Source: Enoplolaimus lenunculus | Lineage: Eukaryota | NCBI GenBank assembly: GCA_030248215.1 | Contig: JASANG010002922.1 | Span: 62,001 to 126,000 of the forward strand | DNA length: 64,000 nucleotides | Reading direction: 5' to 3' | In this document: positions 61,467 to 64,000 of the stretch, piece after piece | How the letters are laid out: every line of letters begins with the position of its first letter | How positions within the stretch are numbered: position 1 is the first letter of the stretch | Program-made: the position numbers and the translations under genes | Notes under the pieces: model-generated | The model's input: only the letters and a program-made list of their open reading frames with translations | The model's database searches: none | What the model was told of the DNA's origin: nothing

Positions 61467-62751
61467 TTTCGTTGACGAAAACCAGCTTATTACATCTGAC
61501 TGCGCGTTTCAGGTATACACTAGTAAACCGATTCATCTAGTATAATGTTGCAAACCAATGCTTATATTTTGAGATAAATATTAATAATTATTTCATTTAT
61601 GTTAATATTAAGGTAATTTAAGTAATAAAGAGTCTACAAACAATTATTTTTTATTTTATTTACAAAATGATAAATAAGGCATTAGGGTTATAGGTTTTGT
61701 ACTTTTGAAGAATTAGGGTGGCGCTGTACTTGTTGTGTAGTCCCTTTCGGCGCTGTTCGACGCCGTTCGTCGCCGTCGGGCGCCGTGCGTCACTATACGA
61801 TATCGTACGTGAGTATTAATTCGCGTACGATGCCGCACTGTGACGCACGGTTACCGACGGCACCGGACGGTGACGGATGGCATTAAAATAATGAAAAAGT
61901 ATAGCGCAATCCTAATCCTACCGCAGCGTTTGGCACTGCTACAACGACTGTTTGTTGGAGCCACAAAAGGTTTAAGTTTTACTCCAGAGTATGTGTGCTC
62001 CACAAATTATTTCTATATTAAGAAAAAGTGTCTATAATCAAAATTTTCTACAGCTTAAAGTGATTTCGCAAAACTTGATGATAAAATGGTAAAAATTCGT
62101 TTAAGCCATTTTTGGCTTTTTTTATTCTAAAACGTCCAACAGTAATTTGGTAATCAAAATTATTTCTAAAACCTGGTCCTGTTCCTGTTTTGGTTCGTGG
62201 AAAGAATATCTATAATTGGTTTGCGTTGTTTCTGTGCCAGGTTCCGATGATATTTTAGAAGACAAAAAGTATAAACAAAATGTTTAGAATTTGGGAAAAC
62301 TGTTAATGTTGTCGTTTGTTTTGTTGTTTTCTTTTTAGATATTTATGTTTCTAAAGTTCGAGTCTTATTTTTGTATTTCTATTAATTATTAATAAACCGA
62401 TCAATAGACAAGATTACGCTTAATCGTAACATTTTCAGAACAATTTAACAAAACGGTTATTTATTATACATGGGCATCGGATATCCGGAATTGTATCGAA
62501 AAAGAAATATGCACCCGGATGTTCGTGTATCGGATATCCGCTTGATATTCAAAATTCATTTGTTCAACAAAGTTTGTAAAGTAATTTGGAATTAATCAGT
62601 TTTGAGTGCGAGATAAAGCAAGAGAAATTGTAAAAAAACCCCAAATATGCAATTAAGATTTGAAATCAAGTTATTTTTGGCAGAAATAGACGGAAAAATA
62701 ATGAAGATTAGTTCGAAGTCGAAGAGTGCGCATGAAACAAACACATGATTA

Positions 62752-63293
62752 CACTGCAAAAAACGGTGAGTCAAATTGACTCTCTCCGAAATAGGCTTTT
62801 CCTGGCTACACAAACTGAGTCAGTAATTCGACTCTGCCAGACTCTCAAATTGAGTCGAATTTGACTCAGGCGGAGTCGAATTTTGACTCAGTTTGTGTAG
62901 TCAGGAAAAACCTATTTAGGAGAGAGTCAATTTGACTCACCATTTTTTGCAGTGTAATAACGACGTATAACTAATTTTAGTTCAATTAACCTTGTTTTTG
63001 AAACCGTGACTTAAGACGTAATTCGTTAATTTAAGTACAGCAGCAAGCCATGGTTGGGTTTTTCCGGAAAAGTTGAATCTAGCACACTGCAAATCATGGT
63101 GAGTCAAATTGACTCTTTATGAAATAGGCTCTACGGGACTACACAAACTGAGTCAAATTTGACTCCGCCAGAGTCAAACGTGCGACTCAGTGAGTCGAAT
63201 TGGACTCTGATGCAATCGAATTTGACTCAGTTTGTGCCGTTCCGTAGAGTCTATTTCGAAGAGAGTCAATTTGACTCACCATTTTTTGCAGTG
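62752..63293. mobile_element. Two family-D palindromic MITEs (62752-62954 and 63085-63293)
   Basis: CACTGCAAAAAACGGTGAGTCAAATTGACTC arms, TA flanks; the first copy is nearly identical to 30205-30448. Confidence 0.9.
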
Positions 63294-64000
63294 TACAAAA
63301 AATTTCAAAAACATGTAGCCGTGCCTCGACAAATGCAAAGACGTTAATGGATGCTAAATCTGGTGTCAAGCGTATGATCGAAGCAACGTAGAACCTCCAC
63401 TCTTTAATATTTTATAATTTATCTGAATTTTGTTTCAGACACTTGTATTAAAAGAACAAGCTTAAACATTTGGCATGTTCCGCATCTGATTGGTCCTATT
63501 CACGAAGCAAGTTTGACGTGGACTTTTAAAGTTTCCGTGCTTTTAACATCGAATCTGAATTAATATTGATTGAGAGGTGGTATATTTTGCTCCTTTAGCA
63601 AATATTAATATTTTCGTGATGGTTATTACTTTAATGTTCACAATTAGCCCGAAAACGTGAGCATGCGTAGCGGAGAATGAGTGATACATACCCCTTTACC
63701 GAAATGCCTGAATCGACTAGGAACCTTTATAGGCTGTAAAATAAATCTGCAAAGGATCAAAAAATTTTCTCGCTCGCTACACTCGCTGGTAGAAAAAAGT
63801 TTGTGAAGTAAAGCACAATGAGTTATTAATGCAACAAATACAACGGTGGACAGACGGGGAATCGGAGATATATCCTCCATGACCGAATTGCCTGCAAGGA
63901 CTTAAAAAGCCAGTTTTGCAGGCTGTAAGATATAATCTGCAGAGGTTGAAAGAAATTTTCTCGCTATCAATGCTCGCATGCAAAAATGTTTTGAATGTGG

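Overview
Eukaryotic, AT-rich, intron-containing DNA, most likely from a nematode (TTTTCAG-type acceptors, abundant TTAGGC repeats; the taxon is an inference). Manual GT-AG splicing with phase checks gave six protein-coding genes, several of which the ORF track misses or fragments. They are a 3'-truncated WDHD1/AND-1/Ctf4-like WD40 gene (- strand, running off the left edge), a small secreted Cys-rich and probably membrane-anchored protein with an RGM-N-like pattern (+), an 11-exon ~970-aa matrix metalloproteinase with unusual architecture (+), SAM50 (-), a Pmp3/UPF0057 proteolipid with a PPxY-containing extension (+), and a ZNF474-like zinc-finger gene (-). Introns and intergenic DNA are packed with non-autonomous DNA transposons: hAT-like, TA-target, piggyBac-like and Helentron/DINE-1-like. 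The most distinctive system is a GG-terminated MITE with 8-bp TSDs that carries variable telomere-type (TTAGGC)n arrays, present in more than 10 full or partial copies. No prokaryotic features, CRISPR arrays or intact transposase were seen. Family assignments rest on recalled motifs; no database searches were run.
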